From Fidelibacterota bacterium UBA2242 (GTDB lineage: Bacteria; Fidelibacterota; UBA2242): a stretch of 64,000 nucleotides of DNA. Location of the stretch: the NCBI GenBank assembly GCA_002347855.1, contig DDYE01000017.1, forward strand, positions 188,839-252,838, read 5' to 3'. The position numbers were made by a program, and so were the translations under genes. Below the pieces are notes generated by a model. It did not search any database. It was not told the origin of the DNA and saw only the letters and a list, made by a program, of their open reading frames with translations. Below, piece by piece: positions 1 through 9,487 of this stretch (the stretch's first letter is position 1; each line of letters begins with the position of its first letter).

Positions 1-2695
1 TGAGTTAAAGAATCGCTCTGATTATGAGTTTGCAAAACAGAAATTTGAAGAATTATGGGAAAATGCTGTTGATGTTAGCGAAAGATATATTCAGACAATA
101 AATGAAAGAACCTGGCTTAATCAAAATATTACCCCTTACGAACTTTATCTTAAATTTTTATACGAGTATTTTAAGGATGAACTCTCCAGAACTGATGAAG
201 TTTTTACAAAATATTTGCCTTCCGATTTCAAAAGGTTTGAATATCAAGAACAGGCAGTTCTGAATGCAAAGAAGATATTAGAAGAATATGGTGGAGCTTT
301 TATTTCTGATGTAGTGGGACTTGGTAAAACCTATGTTTCTACTATGCTTGCAGGACAGCTTGATGGTAGAACCCTTGTTATAGCACCGCCTGCGCTTCTT
401 AATAAAAATAATCCTGGCTCCTGGCCAAATGTTTTTTCCGATTTTCATATTCCAGCTGAGTTTGTATCAATTGGTAAACTTGATGAGGCAAAAAGGTTAG
501 TAGAGCTAAGAGAATATAGAAACATTATTATAGATGAAGCACACCGTTTCAGGACAGAAACAACTATCAGTTATGAAGACATTGCTGAAATTTGTCGCGG
601 GAAAAGAGTAATTTTGGTCTCTGCAACTCCTTATAATAACTCACCAAGAGATATCCTTGCACAGATTAAACTTTTCCAGAATGTAAGAAAAAGCACTATC
701 CCCGGCGTTTCTAATCTTGAGGAATTCTTTGGAAGACTTGTGGGAAGATTAAAAGAGGTCGACCGTCATAAAGATTATAATAAGTTCCTTGATATAACAA
801 AAAGTAATGCAAAAGAAATCCGTGATAGAGTATTGAAATATTTGATGGTTAGAAGAACAAGAACTGAAATTGAAAAATATTTTGCCGAGGATTTAAAGAA
901 AAACAAGGTTCAATTTCCGGAAGTAGAAGACCCAAAGCCATTTTATTACCAGTTAAACGATGATGAAGACAGAATCTTTATGGAAACTGTAAGGTTAATA
1001 ACTCAGAATTTCAAATATACCCGTTATATGCCATTACTTTATTTAACGAAACCCATTTCTCAACTGGAAGAGCAATCGCAAAGAAATATGGGCGGTTTTA
1101 TAAAAGTCCTCCTTGTAAAACGCCTTGAAAGTAGTTTTTATGCATTTAGAAAAAGTATAGACAGATTCATCCATTCCTATGAAATGTTTATTAAGGAATA
1201 TGAAAAAGGAAATGTATATATAAGCAAAGGATACATAAACAAAATTTTTGAGCTTTTGGAACAAGGAGATGATGAAGCAGTCCAGAAACTTATTGAAGAA
1301 GGAAAAGCAGAAAAATATGAAAGCAAAGACTTTAGACCTCATTTTGCGACGGACCTAAAAAATGACTTTGAAATTTTAAGACAGATAAAATCTATGTGGC
1401 AATCTATAAAAAGGGACCCCAAACTTGAAACCTTACTGGGAAATTTGAAAAAACACAATATCTTGAGAAATAAGAAAATAATTATCTTTACAGAGTCAAA
1501 AGAGACAGCAGAGTATTTGAATGAAAATATAAATAATGATGTAGGTAAAATTGCCCTTCTATTTCATGGCAATTCGCCAGAAGTAGTTAGAGACAGAGTT
1601 ATAGAAAATTTTGACGCAAGGGCAAAAATTAAAAAAGATGATTATAAAATACTTGTCTCAACCGAAGTTCTTTCTGAAGGTGTTAATCTTCATAGATCAA
1701 ACATAGTAATAAACTACGATATACCCTGGAATCCAACAAGGTTAATGCAAAGAGTGGGGAGAATAAACCGTATAGATACACCATTTGACAGAATTCATAC
1801 ATTTAACTTTTTCCCGACAAGACAGGCAGATTCTGAAATTGAACTTACAAACATTGCTCGTTCAAAAATAGAAGCATTTTTAACATTGCTCGGCGGGGAT
1901 AGTTCAATCCTCACTGAAGGAGAACCTGTTTCCTCTCATGAACTATTTGATAAACTACTTTCAAAGAAAACTATTGCCGAAGATGAGGAAGAAGAAAGCG
2001 AACTCAAGTATTTAAGAATTATTGAGGATGTCCGCAATAAAAATCCCGAACTTTTTGAAAGGATAAAGCATCTTCCTAAGAAGGCTCGTTCTGCAAAGAT
2101 ATTTTCTCAATCTCTAAAAGATATTGCTTCTGCTGATTCTTTAATCACTTTCTTTAGAAAGGGCAAGTTAATGAAATTCTTCCTTTCAAATAAAAGTTCT
2201 ACTGTTGAACTTGATTTCTTGGCGTCTGCAAAGATTCTTAAGAATTCATCAGATGAGAAAAGAACAAAACTACCTCTTGAGGTTTACTATGAACTCCTTG
2301 ATAAAAATAAAACAGCGTTCTTTAATGCAACTATTGAAGAAATTATAAGCACTCATAAGCGTGGTGGTTCAGATAGTCAAACCAGATTGTTAAAAATTCT
2401 AAAAGCAACACAAAAAAACAGCAAGCAACTGACTGAAGAGCAGGAAGAATACCTTAAAAAACTCATAACCCGGCTTGAAGAAGGCGCTTTACCAAAACAA
2501 ACAGTAAAGAAAACCCTCAATGCACTGAACAAACTCGCAAAAGATATACAAAATCCATTAAAAGTAATTGGAGTTTTACAAAGAGAAATCTCATTTACAT
2601 TTCTAAAAAGCCACTATGCAGAAACTTCTGCTATAACAGAAGGAAAAAGAGAGGTTATATTATCACTTTATTTAGCGGAGGAAAGCGATGAATAG
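1..2695 (+). CDS. SF2 helicase (DEAD/DEAH-box, SNF2/Res-like), 5'-partial; reading frame is open to position 2 so the N-terminus lies upstream of the window
   Basis: Walker A GLGKTY, DEAH box IIDEAHRF, motif III SATP, C-terminal helicase lobe with QRVGRINR; the annotated TTG at 215 is internal because the frame continues without stop to the window edge. Confidence 0.8.
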   Translation, partial: ELKNRSDYEFAKQKFEELWENAVDVSERYIQTINERTWLNQNITPYELYLKFLYEYFKDELSRTDEVFTKYLPSDFKRFEYQEQAVLNAKKILEEYGGAFISDVVGLGKTYVSTMLAGQLDGRTLVIAPPALLNKNNPGSWPNVFSDFHIPAEFVSIGKLDEAKRLVELREYRNIIIDEAHRFRTETTISYEDIAEICRGKRVILVSATPYNNSPRDILAQIKLFQNVRKSTIPGVSNLEEFFGRLVGRLKEVDRHKDYNKFLDITKSNAKEIRDRVLKYLMVRRTRTEIEKYFAEDLKKNKVQFPEVEDPKPFYYQLNDDEDRIFMETVRLITQNFKYTRYMPLLYLTKPISQLEEQSQRNMGGFIKVLLVKRLESSFYAFRKSIDRFIHSYEMFIKEYEKGNVYISKGYINKIFELLEQGDDEAVQKLIEEGKAEKYESKDFRPHFATDLKNDFEILRQIKSMWQSIKRDPKLETLLGNLKKHNILRNKKIIIFTESKETAEYLNENINNDVGKIALLFHGNSPEVVRDRVIENFDARAKIKKDDYKILVSTEVLSEGVNLHRSNIVINYDIPWNPTRLMQRVGRINRIDTPFDRIHTFNFFPTRQADSEIELTNIARSKIEAFLTLLGGDSSILTEGEPVSSHELFDKLLSKKTIAEDEEEESELKYLRIIEDVRNKNPELFERIKHLPKKARSAKIFSQSLKDIASADSLITFFRKGKLMKFFLSNKSSTVELDFLASAKILKNSSDEKRTKLPLEVYYELLDKNKTAFFNATIEEIISTHKRGGSDSQTRLLKILKATQKNSKQLTEEQEEYLKKLITRLEEGALPKQTVKKTLNALNKLAKDIQNPLKVIGVLQREISFTFLKSHYAETSAITEGKREVILSLYLAEESDE

Positions 2696-5600
2696 GGAGC
2701 AGGCAAAAAATATAATAACTGAAACCCTTGAAAATTCTTTTGATAAAAGTAAGTTCATCTATTTTCTCAAAAACCTCTTAAAATCTTTTGAAGAGAAATC
2801 TTCTGTCTATCAAGGTAACCATATCCCTGATGCCTTTGAACAATACATAAGTTCGTTAGAAAGGATTGGTAAATATATTTGTGATGAGAAAGAAATTGAT
2901 TTACTGATTGTCCAGCTAAAAAGAGAGACCTCCCTTGAGCGTGCAAGAACAATGCAGAGGAATTTTGTTGCCTGGTACCTTAAGGGAAGTAGAGGCGGAA
3001 AATTAAAAGATGCTGCGCTTGTTGCCTTTGTTTCACCCACGAGCGAAGATTGGCGTTTTTCCCTTGTAAAGATGGATTATCGCTTTGAAGAAACACCTTC
3101 CGGCAAAGTAAAAATTAAAGAAGAATTCACGCCAGCAAGAAGATGGTCTTTTCTTGTAGGTAAAAATGAAAAAAGCCATACCGCCCGGAACAGATTTATT
3201 CCAATACTTGAGGATGATGAAAAGCGACCTACTTTGGAAGATTTAGAACAGGCGTTTAGTGTAGAAAAAGTAACGGACGAGTTCTTTAAATCCTATAGAT
3301 ATGCTATAAATGAAGTAATAATAAAATCATTGAACAAAAAGGTAGACCACCAAATCAAACATTCATTTGCCCAGCAACTCCTTTCCAGAATTTTATTTAT
3401 CTATTTCCTTCAAAGGAAAGGATGGCTTAAATGGAAAAACTACGAACAGGATAAAAGTTATATTAAAAACCTCTGGCTAAAATATAAATCCTACAACTAT
3501 GAAAATACTTTTTATTCCCATTGGCTTAGCAGTCTATTCTTTGGTGCGTTTAATAAAAAATCTCAATTTATAAATCCTGATCTACCCGATGAGATAAGAG
3601 AATCTTTTATACAAATGCCTTTTCTTAATGGTGGGTTATTTCACAAAAACGAACTTGATGAAATAGGTTTTGATGTGCCCGATAATGTCTTTGAATGGCT
3701 GTTTGAGCCAAATGAAACTGACGAAGATTTGCACAAAGGATTCCTTGAAGTATTTAACTTCACAATTGACGAATCAAGCCCCGATGATGTAGAAGTTGCT
3801 GTTGACCCGGAAATGCTGGGAAAAGTGTATGAATCCCTGATTAACGAAGAAGAACAAGGTTTTGCTGGAATATTCTATACTCCTCTTGTGGAAATTGATT
3901 TTATGTGCAGATTATCTCTTGTGGAATATCTTTGCACCAGAACCCAAACAAGTAAACAGGATTTAATTGAACTGGTTTTTACTCTACCCGCCATTGATAG
4001 TTATCAAAACATAGAGAACCTAAGGAAAATCAAAAAAGCTTTAGATGATGTAAAAATAGTTGACCCTGCTGTTGGCTCTGCATCTTTCCTTGTAGGAATG
4101 ATGAATATTTTGGTTGAATTACACTCTGCATTAACAAAAAGAATAGAAGGTAAAGAAGAAAATCTTTTTGCACTGAAACAAAAAATAATACTTGAAAACC
4201 TTTACGGTGTTGATGTTAAAGACTGGGCAGTAATGGTTGGTGAACTTCGTCTCTGGCTTTCCCTTATTATTGAAACCGACGAAAAATTTATGGACATCTA
4301 CACTAAACCTCTTCTGCCTAATCTGACCTTTAAAATTCGTCAGGGCGATTCACTGGTTGAAGCAATAGGCGATGTATTTATTAACCTGAGAGGGAATGCT
4401 CTGAAAACAATTCCCAAATCTATTCAGCAAAAAATCTCTGAACTCATTGACAAAAAGGCTGAATTCTTCTCAGGTAAACGAAGTGCTGATTTGAAGGAAC
4501 AACACGAAATAGAAAATATGGAAGCAGGAATATTCAAAAAAATTTTACAGGTAAAAGTGGATGAGTTAAAAGGAAAGTTAACAGAGAAAAATAGATTATT
4601 AAAACAATTGAAAGGCTCAAAAAATCTTTATGGAGAAGAGGACGCAAAATCAAAACAAGAACAAGAAAAACTTTCTAAGGAAATTGAGCAACTGGAAAAT
4701 GAACTAAATAAATACCAAAAAGCAATCGATAGTATTGGTCAAAAAAGCAAAAAAGATTACTTCCTCTGGGAACTTGACTTTGCTGAAGTGTTTGCTAAAA
4801 ATGGCGGTTTTGACATTGTAATCGGTAATCCACCTTATGTGCGACAGGAACTCATTGCTCCACCACTTGAAAACGAAAAAGATTATTCTCCTGAGGAATG
4901 GCGTGAGTTAAAAAGACAGTATAAAGAAAAACTTATTCAAGCAACCCAAAATGTATGGCAAGATGTAAAAAGAATCGATAAAAAGAGCGACCTCTATGTT
5001 TACTTTTACTATCAAGGATTATCTCTACTCACCGACAACGGTATTTTCTGCTTTATTAACTCCAACAGCTGGCTGGATGTGGGTTATGGTGCAGGGTTGC
5101 AGGAATTTCTACTTAAAAATATGAAGCCAATTTATATCATAGACAACATTGCCAAACGCTCGTTTAAACAGGCAGATGTTAATACCGTAATTGTGCTTAT
5201 ACAAAAACCATCTGCAAGGACTGTAGGGGCTCAAAATTTTGAGCCCGAGCTATATAAACCAGTAAAATTTATCGCCTTCAAAAAGCCATTTGAAGAGGTA
5301 GTAGCAAACGGCTGTTTGCTTATGAAAGAGATAGAAAACACCACTAAGCCAGTGTTTAACAACCCGGTTTACAGAGTCTTTCCCAAAACCAAAAAAGAAC
5401 TCCTTGAAGAGGGAGTGGAATATCCCGACGAATCAGAATTAGAATTAAACCAAAGCCCCGAACAGCTTCCTTATGTTGGTAATAAATGGGGCGGTAAATA
5501 CCTGCGCGCGCCGGAGATTTATTTTAAGATTCTGGAAAAGGGAAAAGTAGGGGCGAAAGGCCGTTCGCCCCTACTGGTGCGATTGGGAGATATTGCTGAA

Positions 5601-6470
5601 GTGCGACGGGGATTTACCACAGGTGCGAATGAATTCTTCTATCTTAAACCAGTTGGAATGACGGTAAAGGAAGTGGTAAAGATAGCAGAAAAAAATCCAC
5701 AAGCACTCATAAGAGTAAAGAATGGTGCTGGCTGGGAGGGTGAGATTGAGGCAGAGTTTTTAAAGCCTGTGATTAAAAGCCCAAGAGAACTAAAAACCAT
5801 CATGGTAAGGATTGAAGACCTGAATTATCTCGTATTTATGTGCCACAAGAGCAAGAAAGAACTCAAAGGGACAAAGGCGCTGGAGTATATTGAGTGGGGA
5901 GAGAAGCAAAAATTCAACCAAAGACCGACTTGTAGAAGTAGGAGCTTGTGGTGGGATTTGGGGGAGTTATATTTTTTGATAATCTCGAAAAGATTTGTTG
6001 ATGAGAGTTTTTCATACTTTTATAATCAAAATAATTTTTTTGTTGGAGATACATTTTTCATTATTAATACTATAAATCCATATGATGTTTTAATAACTTT
6101 AAACTCAATTATCGGAAGTCTATTTACTGAAATTATTGGAAGAAAAAATATGGGTGAAGGTGTTCTTTTAATATATGGTCCTGAAATCTATAATATACTT
6201 ACTATTAAAAAACTTGACACTACTGATGAATTAAAACAAAAAGTCTTCTTTTCAATAATTAATAAAAATGTGTCCTCAATATTTAATGAAATATCTATAG
6301 ACAAGAATCATCCCATTCGTGAGCAGGAGCCCAATCCCTTGCCCGACCGTAAGGAGCTGGACGATATTGTTTTTGATGCTCTTGGCCTCACCGAAGAAGA
6401 ACGCAAAGAAGTTTACTGGGCAGTAGCGGAATTGGTAAAAGCAAGATTAGATAAGGCAAAGAGTGTGTGA
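2688..6470 (+). CDS. N6-adenine DNA methyltransferase, gamma class, Eco57I/PglX-like with C-terminal TaqI_C-like specificity region
   Basis: FYTP motif, SAM motif I VDPAVGSASFLVGM (about nt 4062), coiled-coil insert, motif IV GNPPYV (nt 4827-4838), C-terminal ...LGLTEEERKEVY... helix; ATGA start/stop overlap with helicase. Confidence 0.85.
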   Translation: MNREQAKNIITETLENSFDKSKFIYFLKNLLKSFEEKSSVYQGNHIPDAFEQYISSLERIGKYICDEKEIDLLIVQLKRETSLERARTMQRNFVAWYLKGSRGGKLKDAALVAFVSPTSEDWRFSLVKMDYRFEETPSGKVKIKEEFTPARRWSFLVGKNEKSHTARNRFIPILEDDEKRPTLEDLEQAFSVEKVTDEFFKSYRYAINEVIIKSLNKKVDHQIKHSFAQQLLSRILFIYFLQRKGWLKWKNYEQDKSYIKNLWLKYKSYNYENTFYSHWLSSLFFGAFNKKSQFINPDLPDEIRESFIQMPFLNGGLFHKNELDEIGFDVPDNVFEWLFEPNETDEDLHKGFLEVFNFTIDESSPDDVEVAVDPEMLGKVYESLINEEEQGFAGIFYTPLVEIDFMCRLSLVEYLCTRTQTSKQDLIELVFTLPAIDSYQNIENLRKIKKALDDVKIVDPAVGSASFLVGMMNILVELHSALTKRIEGKEENLFALKQKIILENLYGVDVKDWAVMVGELRLWLSLIIETDEKFMDIYTKPLLPNLTFKIRQGDSLVEAIGDVFINLRGNALKTIPKSIQQKISELIDKKAEFFSGKRSADLKEQHEIENMEAGIFKKILQVKVDELKGKLTEKNRLLKQLKGSKNLYGEEDAKSKQEQEKLSKEIEQLENELNKYQKAIDSIGQKSKKDYFLWELDFAEVFAKNGGFDIVIGNPPYVRQELIAPPLENEKDYSPEEWRELKRQYKEKLIQATQNVWQDVKRIDKKSDLYVYFYYQGLSLLTDNGIFCFINSNSWLDVGYGAGLQEFLLKNMKPIYIIDNIAKRSFKQADVNTVIVLIQKPSARTVGAQNFEPELYKPVKFIAFKKPFEEVVANGCLLMKEIENTTKPVFNNPVYRVFPKTKKELLEEGVEYPDESELELNQSPEQLPYVGNKWGGKYLRAPEIYFKILEKGKVGAKGRSPLLVRLGDIAEVRRGFTTGANEFFYLKPVGMTVKEVVKIAEKNPQALIRVKNGAGWEGEIEAEFLKPVIKSPRELKTIMVRIEDLNYLVFMCHKSKKELKGTKALEYIEWGEKQKFNQRPTCRSRSLWWDLGELYFLIISKRFVDESFSYFYNQNNFFVGDTFFIINTINPYDVLITLNSIIGSLFTEIIGRKNMGEGVLLIYGPEIYNILTIKKLDTTDELKQKVFFSIINKNVSSIFNEISIDKNHPIREQEPNPLPDRKELDDIVFDALGLTEEERKEVYWAVAELVKARLDKAKSV
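5547..5574. repeat. 28-bp REP-like palindrome copy 1 (GTAGGGGCGAAAGGCCGTTCGCCCCTAC, one arm mismatch), in frame inside the methyltransferase gene (encodes VGAKGRSPL)
   Basis: read directly; 14-bp arms. Confidence 0.9.
6403..6470. repeat. direct repeat copy A: last about 20 codons plus stop of the methyltransferase gene
   Basis: about 68 bp, repeated at 8755-8822 with about 4 mismatches. Confidence 0.9.
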
Positions 6471-6492
6471 AAAAAAATAAATAGGAGGTTAT

Positions 6493-8724
6493 ATGATAAC
6501 AAAAATAAAAATTGAGAACGTAGCAACTTATAAAGAAGCCTTAGAAATTGATAATATAAAGAAAGTTAACTTTTTCTACGGTAGTAATGGTAGTGGTAAA
6601 ACTATTTTATCAAAACTAATTGCTAATTCAGATTCATATAGTGATTGTAATATTGAATGGCAAAATAATACAAAACTAAAGAGAATTGTTTATAATGAAG
6701 ATTTTGTTAGGTCAGTTTTTTACCAAAACGAAAATTTTCCGGGTATTTTTACTATGGGAGAGGGAGCAAAAGATATTGAAGTGCAAATCGACCAGAAAAA
6801 TCAAGAAAGGGAAAAAATTCAAAATGAACAAACGAGTTTAAATAATACACTGAAACAAAAAAAGGTAGAATTAAATAATAAATCAGATGAATTTAAAGAA
6901 TTATGCTGGAGAAAAGTATATCAAAAATATCAAGATGATTTTACTGAAGTTTTCACAGGGTACCGTAATAACAAAAAAAATTTTGCTGAGCGTTTATTGA
7001 ATCAGTATGAATCAAATGAATCAGTATTAAGAAAAAATGAATACCTATTGGACCTATACAATCTTTTATTTAAAGAAGAATTAAAATCGATCAATCTATT
7101 AAATTTAATTTCAGATGAAGTGATTAAAGAACTACAAAAATTGGAGACAAATGAAATATTAAAAACCGAAATAATCGGAAAGAAAGATGTTGATATTGCT
7201 CGAATGATTGAAAAATTACACAACCATGATTGGGTAAGACAAGGAAAGAAATACTATGAAGAAAATTATGATGAAGAGAAAGGCTCTTATATATGTCCTT
7301 TTTGTCAGCAAGCAACAACAGAAGATTTTAAACAAAAACTTGAAGAATATTTTGATGAAACTTATGAAAAACAAGTAAAACAATTAGATGAGTTTATAGA
7401 AAAATATAACGAACTAAATAATAAATTGAATAAATACTTTGATGATTTATTAAATACTAAAGATAATAAATATTTTGATGCAAAAAAAGATGAATTAAAA
7501 AGCCAAATTGAAATCATTAAAGAGAAATTGAAAAACAATATTTTTCTGATAAATAAGAAAAGGGACAAGCCCAGCGAGGATATATCAATAGAATTTTTAA
7601 CTGATGTTATAGGTGAATTAAATAATTTGATTAATTCTATAAATGAAGAAATAAAAAAATATAATGAAATTGTAAATAATCAGCAAAATGAAAAAAACAA
7701 ACTTATTTCTGAAATATGGAAATTTTTCTGCAATGAAATTAGTATGGATATTAAAAGTTATTTGAGTGGTAAAAATAATATCGAGAAGGCGATAGACGAT
7801 ATCAAAAAACAAGTTGAAGAAAAAGAGACCAAAATAAAATGTATTACAAATGAAATATCAGAATTAGAAAAACAAATTAAAAGCATAAAACCAACAATTG
7901 ATGCAATAAATAAAGTTTTAGATAAGTTTGGTTTTAGGGGATTTAAATTAGCTCCAACTGAAGATGAAAAACACTATAAAATTATTAGAGAAGACGAGAC
8001 TTCTGCAAAAGAAACATTAAGCGAAGGAGAAAGAAACTTTATTGTATTTCTTTATTTTTATCATTTAATTCAAGGAGCATTGAATCCAGAAGAAAATATA
8101 AACGAACCTAAAGTCGTAGTTTTTGATGATCCAGTTTCAAGTCTTGATTCTGATGTATTGTTTATTGTAGCAACTTTAATTAAGGGTATTATAAAAGACA
8201 TAAGAGAGGGAAAAGGAAATATCAAACAGGTTTTTCTTTTAACACACAATGCCTATTTTCATAAAGAAGTCACATATTCATCAAGTCGGGATTATGGTCA
8301 AAATAAAAGAAATGACACAATGTATTTTATTATTAGAAAAGTAAACGGGATAAGTAAAATCGAAGAATATGAAACAAATCCCATTAAAACCACTTATCAG
8401 TTATTGTGGGATGAAATAAAAAATGGAAGAATAGACTGTGTATCTCTTCAGAATTCAATGCGGCGTGTTATAGAATTTTATTTTAATACATTGGCTGATT
8501 TAAAAGAAGAAGAGTTAATAAACAAATTTAACAATGAAACAGATAAGAAAATTTGTCGTTCATTAATTACCTGGATTAATGTTGGTTCGCATGATGCCTT
8601 TTTTGATATTGATTATTCGCCAAGTCCAGATGAAATTTCTAAATATAAAGATATATTTAAAAAGATATTTGAAGAAACTGGTCATATTTCACATTACAAT
8701 ATGATGATGGGGATTCCTGAATAA
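6493..8724 (+). CDS. AAA_13-type ABC ATPase, RloC/PrrC-like (putative anticodon nuclease)
   Basis: AGGAGG RBS at 6483-6488; Walker A GSNGSGKT (6580-6603); long coiled coil with CPFC zinc-hook-like motif (7294-7305); ABC signature LSEGE, Walker B VVVFDDP, H-loop LLTHN; C-terminal R-x3-E (RRVIE) followed 39 aa later by H (VGSHD). Confidence 0.6.
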   Translation: MITKIKIENVATYKEALEIDNIKKVNFFYGSNGSGKTILSKLIANSDSYSDCNIEWQNNTKLKRIVYNEDFVRSVFYQNENFPGIFTMGEGAKDIEVQIDQKNQEREKIQNEQTSLNNTLKQKKVELNNKSDEFKELCWRKVYQKYQDDFTEVFTGYRNNKKNFAERLLNQYESNESVLRKNEYLLDLYNLLFKEELKSINLLNLISDEVIKELQKLETNEILKTEIIGKKDVDIARMIEKLHNHDWVRQGKKYYEENYDEEKGSYICPFCQQATTEDFKQKLEEYFDETYEKQVKQLDEFIEKYNELNNKLNKYFDDLLNTKDNKYFDAKKDELKSQIEIIKEKLKNNIFLINKKRDKPSEDISIEFLTDVIGELNNLINSINEEIKKYNEIVNNQQNEKNKLISEIWKFFCNEISMDIKSYLSGKNNIEKAIDDIKKQVEEKETKIKCITNEISELEKQIKSIKPTIDAINKVLDKFGFRGFKLAPTEDEKHYKIIREDETSAKETLSEGERNFIVFLYFYHLIQGALNPEENINEPKVVVFDDPVSSLDSDVLFIVATLIKGIIKDIREGKGNIKQVFLLTHNAYFHKEVTYSSSRDYGQNKRNDTMYFIIRKVNGISKIEEYETNPIKTTYQLLWDEIKNGRIDCVSLQNSMRRVIEFYFNTLADLKEEELINKFNNETDKKICRSLITWINVGSHDAFFDIDYSPSPDEISKYKDIFKKIFEETGHISHYNMMMGIPE

Positions 8725-8754
8725 TTAAAATCATGCTTCTAAAAGTACAGGAAG

Positions 8755-8822
8755 GCAAAGAAGTTTACTGGGCAGTAGCGGAATTGGTAAAGGCAAGATT
8801 AGATAAGGCGAGGAGTGTGTAA
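8755..8822. repeat. direct repeat copy B: orphan duplicate of the methyltransferase 3' terminus, downstream of the RloC-like gene
   Basis: aligns to 6403-6470; in the methyltransferase frame encodes ...KEVYWAVAELVKARLDKARSV followed by a stop. Confidence 0.9.
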
Positions 8823-8878
8823 AGAAAAATGTTAATTCAAAAATTAAAATGAAATTTGAAATAAAATCGCAGAACAAA

Positions 8879-9487
8879 ATGAAATTCAATCCTGAAACCC
8901 ACCACCGCCGTTCTATCCGATTAAAAAATTATGATTATATCCAACCCGGTGCATATTTCATAACCATTGTAACCAATAAACGACAATGTTTGTTTGGCAA
9001 AATTGAAAATGGTGTAATGCGGTTGAATGAATTTGGGGAAATTGTTCGTGATGAATGGTTTAAATCAAATGAAATCCGGCGGGAAATTGTATTGAACGAT
9101 TATGAATTTGTTGTAATGCCCAATCATATTCACGGAATCGTATGGATTGTTGAAAACAATGACATGGGGACAAACGGTAATATCATTGTAGGGGCGAACG
9201 GCCGTTCGCCCCTACAAAAACAATCAAACAAAAACCAACCACCAACACATTCGGATTCCCCATTGATACGAATGTCCCCAAAATCAATTTCATCGTTTGT
9301 TGCCGGGTTCAAATCCGCCGTAACAAAACAAATAAACCAATTACGCCAAACGCCGGGCATTCCCGTTTGGCAACGCAATTATTACGAACATATCACCCGC
9401 AACGATGATGAATTACAACGAATTCGTGAATACATAATCAATAATCCAATAAATTGGGAACTGGACGAAAATTATGAACGAAATTGA
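8879..9487 (+). CDS. REP-associated tyrosine transposase (RAYT), IS200-like Y1 HuH family; probable start at second Met (ORF begins 8849)
   Basis: N-terminal HHRRSIRLKNYDY, HuH motif MPNHIHGIVWI, catalytic Tyr motif WQRNYYEHITRND; contains the perfect palindrome at 9188-9215. Confidence 0.8.
   Translation: MKFNPETHHRRSIRLKNYDYIQPGAYFITIVTNKRQCLFGKIENGVMRLNEFGEIVRDEWFKSNEIRREIVLNDYEFVVMPNHIHGIVWIVENNDMGTNGNIIVGANGRSPLQKQSNKNQPPTHSDSPLIRMSPKSISSFVAGFKSAVTKQINQLRQTPGIPVWQRNYYEHITRNDDELQRIREYIINNPINWELDENYERN
9188..9215. repeat. 28-bp REP-like palindrome copy 2 (GTAGGGGCGAACGGCCGTTCGCCCCTAC, perfect), in frame inside the RAYT gene between HuH and Tyr motifs (encodes VGANGRSPL)
   Basis: read directly; perfect 14+14 inverted repeat. 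Confidence 0.9.

Noticed and set aside
1043-1342. Antisense 99-aa ORF inside the helicase gene; similar antisense ORFs at 2767-3040, 7002-7812, 9130-9378 and 9674-9892
   Set aside because: Embedded antisense in well-supported CDSs; low-complexity, Phe/Ile/Lys-rich translations typical of AT-rich antisense frames; no RBS or domain features
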